In this document: positions 63,017-64,000 of the stretch, piece by piece
How the letters are laid out: each line of letters opens with the position of its first letter
How positions within the stretch are numbered: the first letter of the stretch is position 1
Assembly (NCBI GenBank): GCA_051294375.1
Contig: CM119266.1
Coordinates: 25,654,161 to 25,718,160, forward strand
Source: Paraspadella gotoi
Taxonomy: Eukaryota; Animalia; Chaetognatha
DNA: 64,000 nucleotides
Reading direction: 5' to 3'
Program-made: the position numbers and the translations under genes
Notes under the pieces: model-generated
Databases searched by the model: none
What the model was told of the DNA's origin: nothing
What the model saw: only the letters and a program-made list of their open reading frames with translations

Positions 63017-63768
63017 CAGAGAGAGAGAAGAAGAAAGAGAGAAGACAGAGACGAGAAGACAGAGAGAGAAGAGAGATAAGAGAAGAACGACTGAGGAAGG
63101 GAAGAGAAATGGAGATAGAAGAACAAATTTCAATTAGAATTCCCTCATAATCTGGTTTTCTCGCCGATTCACCGTCCCGCGTTGCGAATAGAGTAAAAAT
63201 AAAGAGCAAGGCCCTTGCTGGCGGATAGAGAGAGAGAGAAGAGAGTGAGAGAGAGAGAGAAGAGAGAGAGAGAAGAGAGCACGAGAGAGAAGAGATAGAG
63301 AGATGAGAGAGAGAAGAGAGAAGGAGAGATACGAAAATTGAAAAACTAAAAAAAAATAAACCAGTTTAAAAAAAAAATAAAAAACCCAAATTCTAAATAA
63401 TTAAAACATGTGACAACTACAGGGAATAAACCAGATATAAACATAAAAAAACAAGAGCTAAAAAAACAAAAAGCGAAGGCAAGGCGAAAGCGTAAACGTG
63501 GTTAGAACGAAGGAAAAGCGGAAGGAACAAAAAAGAATAAAAGAAGAGAGAAGAGAGACGAGAGAGGAGCAGGGAAGGAGAGAGGAGAGAGAGAGAAGAG
63601 AGAGGAGAGCGAGGAGCGAGAGAGAGGAGAAGACATTAAAGAAAAAAGAAAGAAAGAAAGAAAGAAAAGAAAAGAAAAAAGAAAAGAAAGAAGAAACAAA
63701 GAAGAAGACAAAGAAGAAAGAAAAGCAAAAAAAGAGGACAACGAAAAGGAAGAAAAGAAAAAAAAAAG

Positions 63769-63801
<33 letters not shown>

Positions 63802-63873
63802 AAAAAAAAAAAAAAAAAAAAAAAAAAACGAGCCATAGAAAAAACACAGGAAAGGAACAAAACCAGCGGGAAG

Positions 63874-63920
<47 letters not shown>

Positions 63921-64000
63921 ACGCGGATAAAAAGAAGGAGAGAGATGAGACTTAGATTATAGAGGAGAAGGGAGATTTAGATAATTTATATACGACGAAA

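Noticed and set aside
63440-63960. Lys-rich and Phe-rich ORFs
   Set aside because: Poly-A/purine low-complexity sequence, probably a low-quality read end.

Overview
Eukaryotic, microsatellite-rich, mostly non-coding scaffold, probably from an invertebrate animal (organism not identifiable from the sequence). No intact host gene can be supported. About two thirds of the window is the same few loci present two to four times: clean contigs alternate with insertion-error-rich stretches that look like raw long reads used for gap filling, usually in inverted orientation and bounded by 25-N gaps. This artefact is informative. The noisy copy (7627-21950) carries two LTR-flanked insertions that are absent from the contiguous clean copy (23549-28175), so filled and empty alleles lie side by side. 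Element 1 (~9238-13853, +) looks like an internally deleted Ty3/Gypsy element: tRNA-Ser PBS, degraded gag, protease and the start of RT, then a 24-bp tandem array. Element 2 (14852-20795, -) has ~430-bp LTRs, a PPT, and one long Gag-like frame (coiled coil, VAEK repeat tract, CCHC knuckle) with no recognisable pol, inserted in an (ATC)n tract. A tRNA-derived SINE-like sequence and several minisatellites are also present. Protein calls inside the elements need manual frameshift correction and are tentative.
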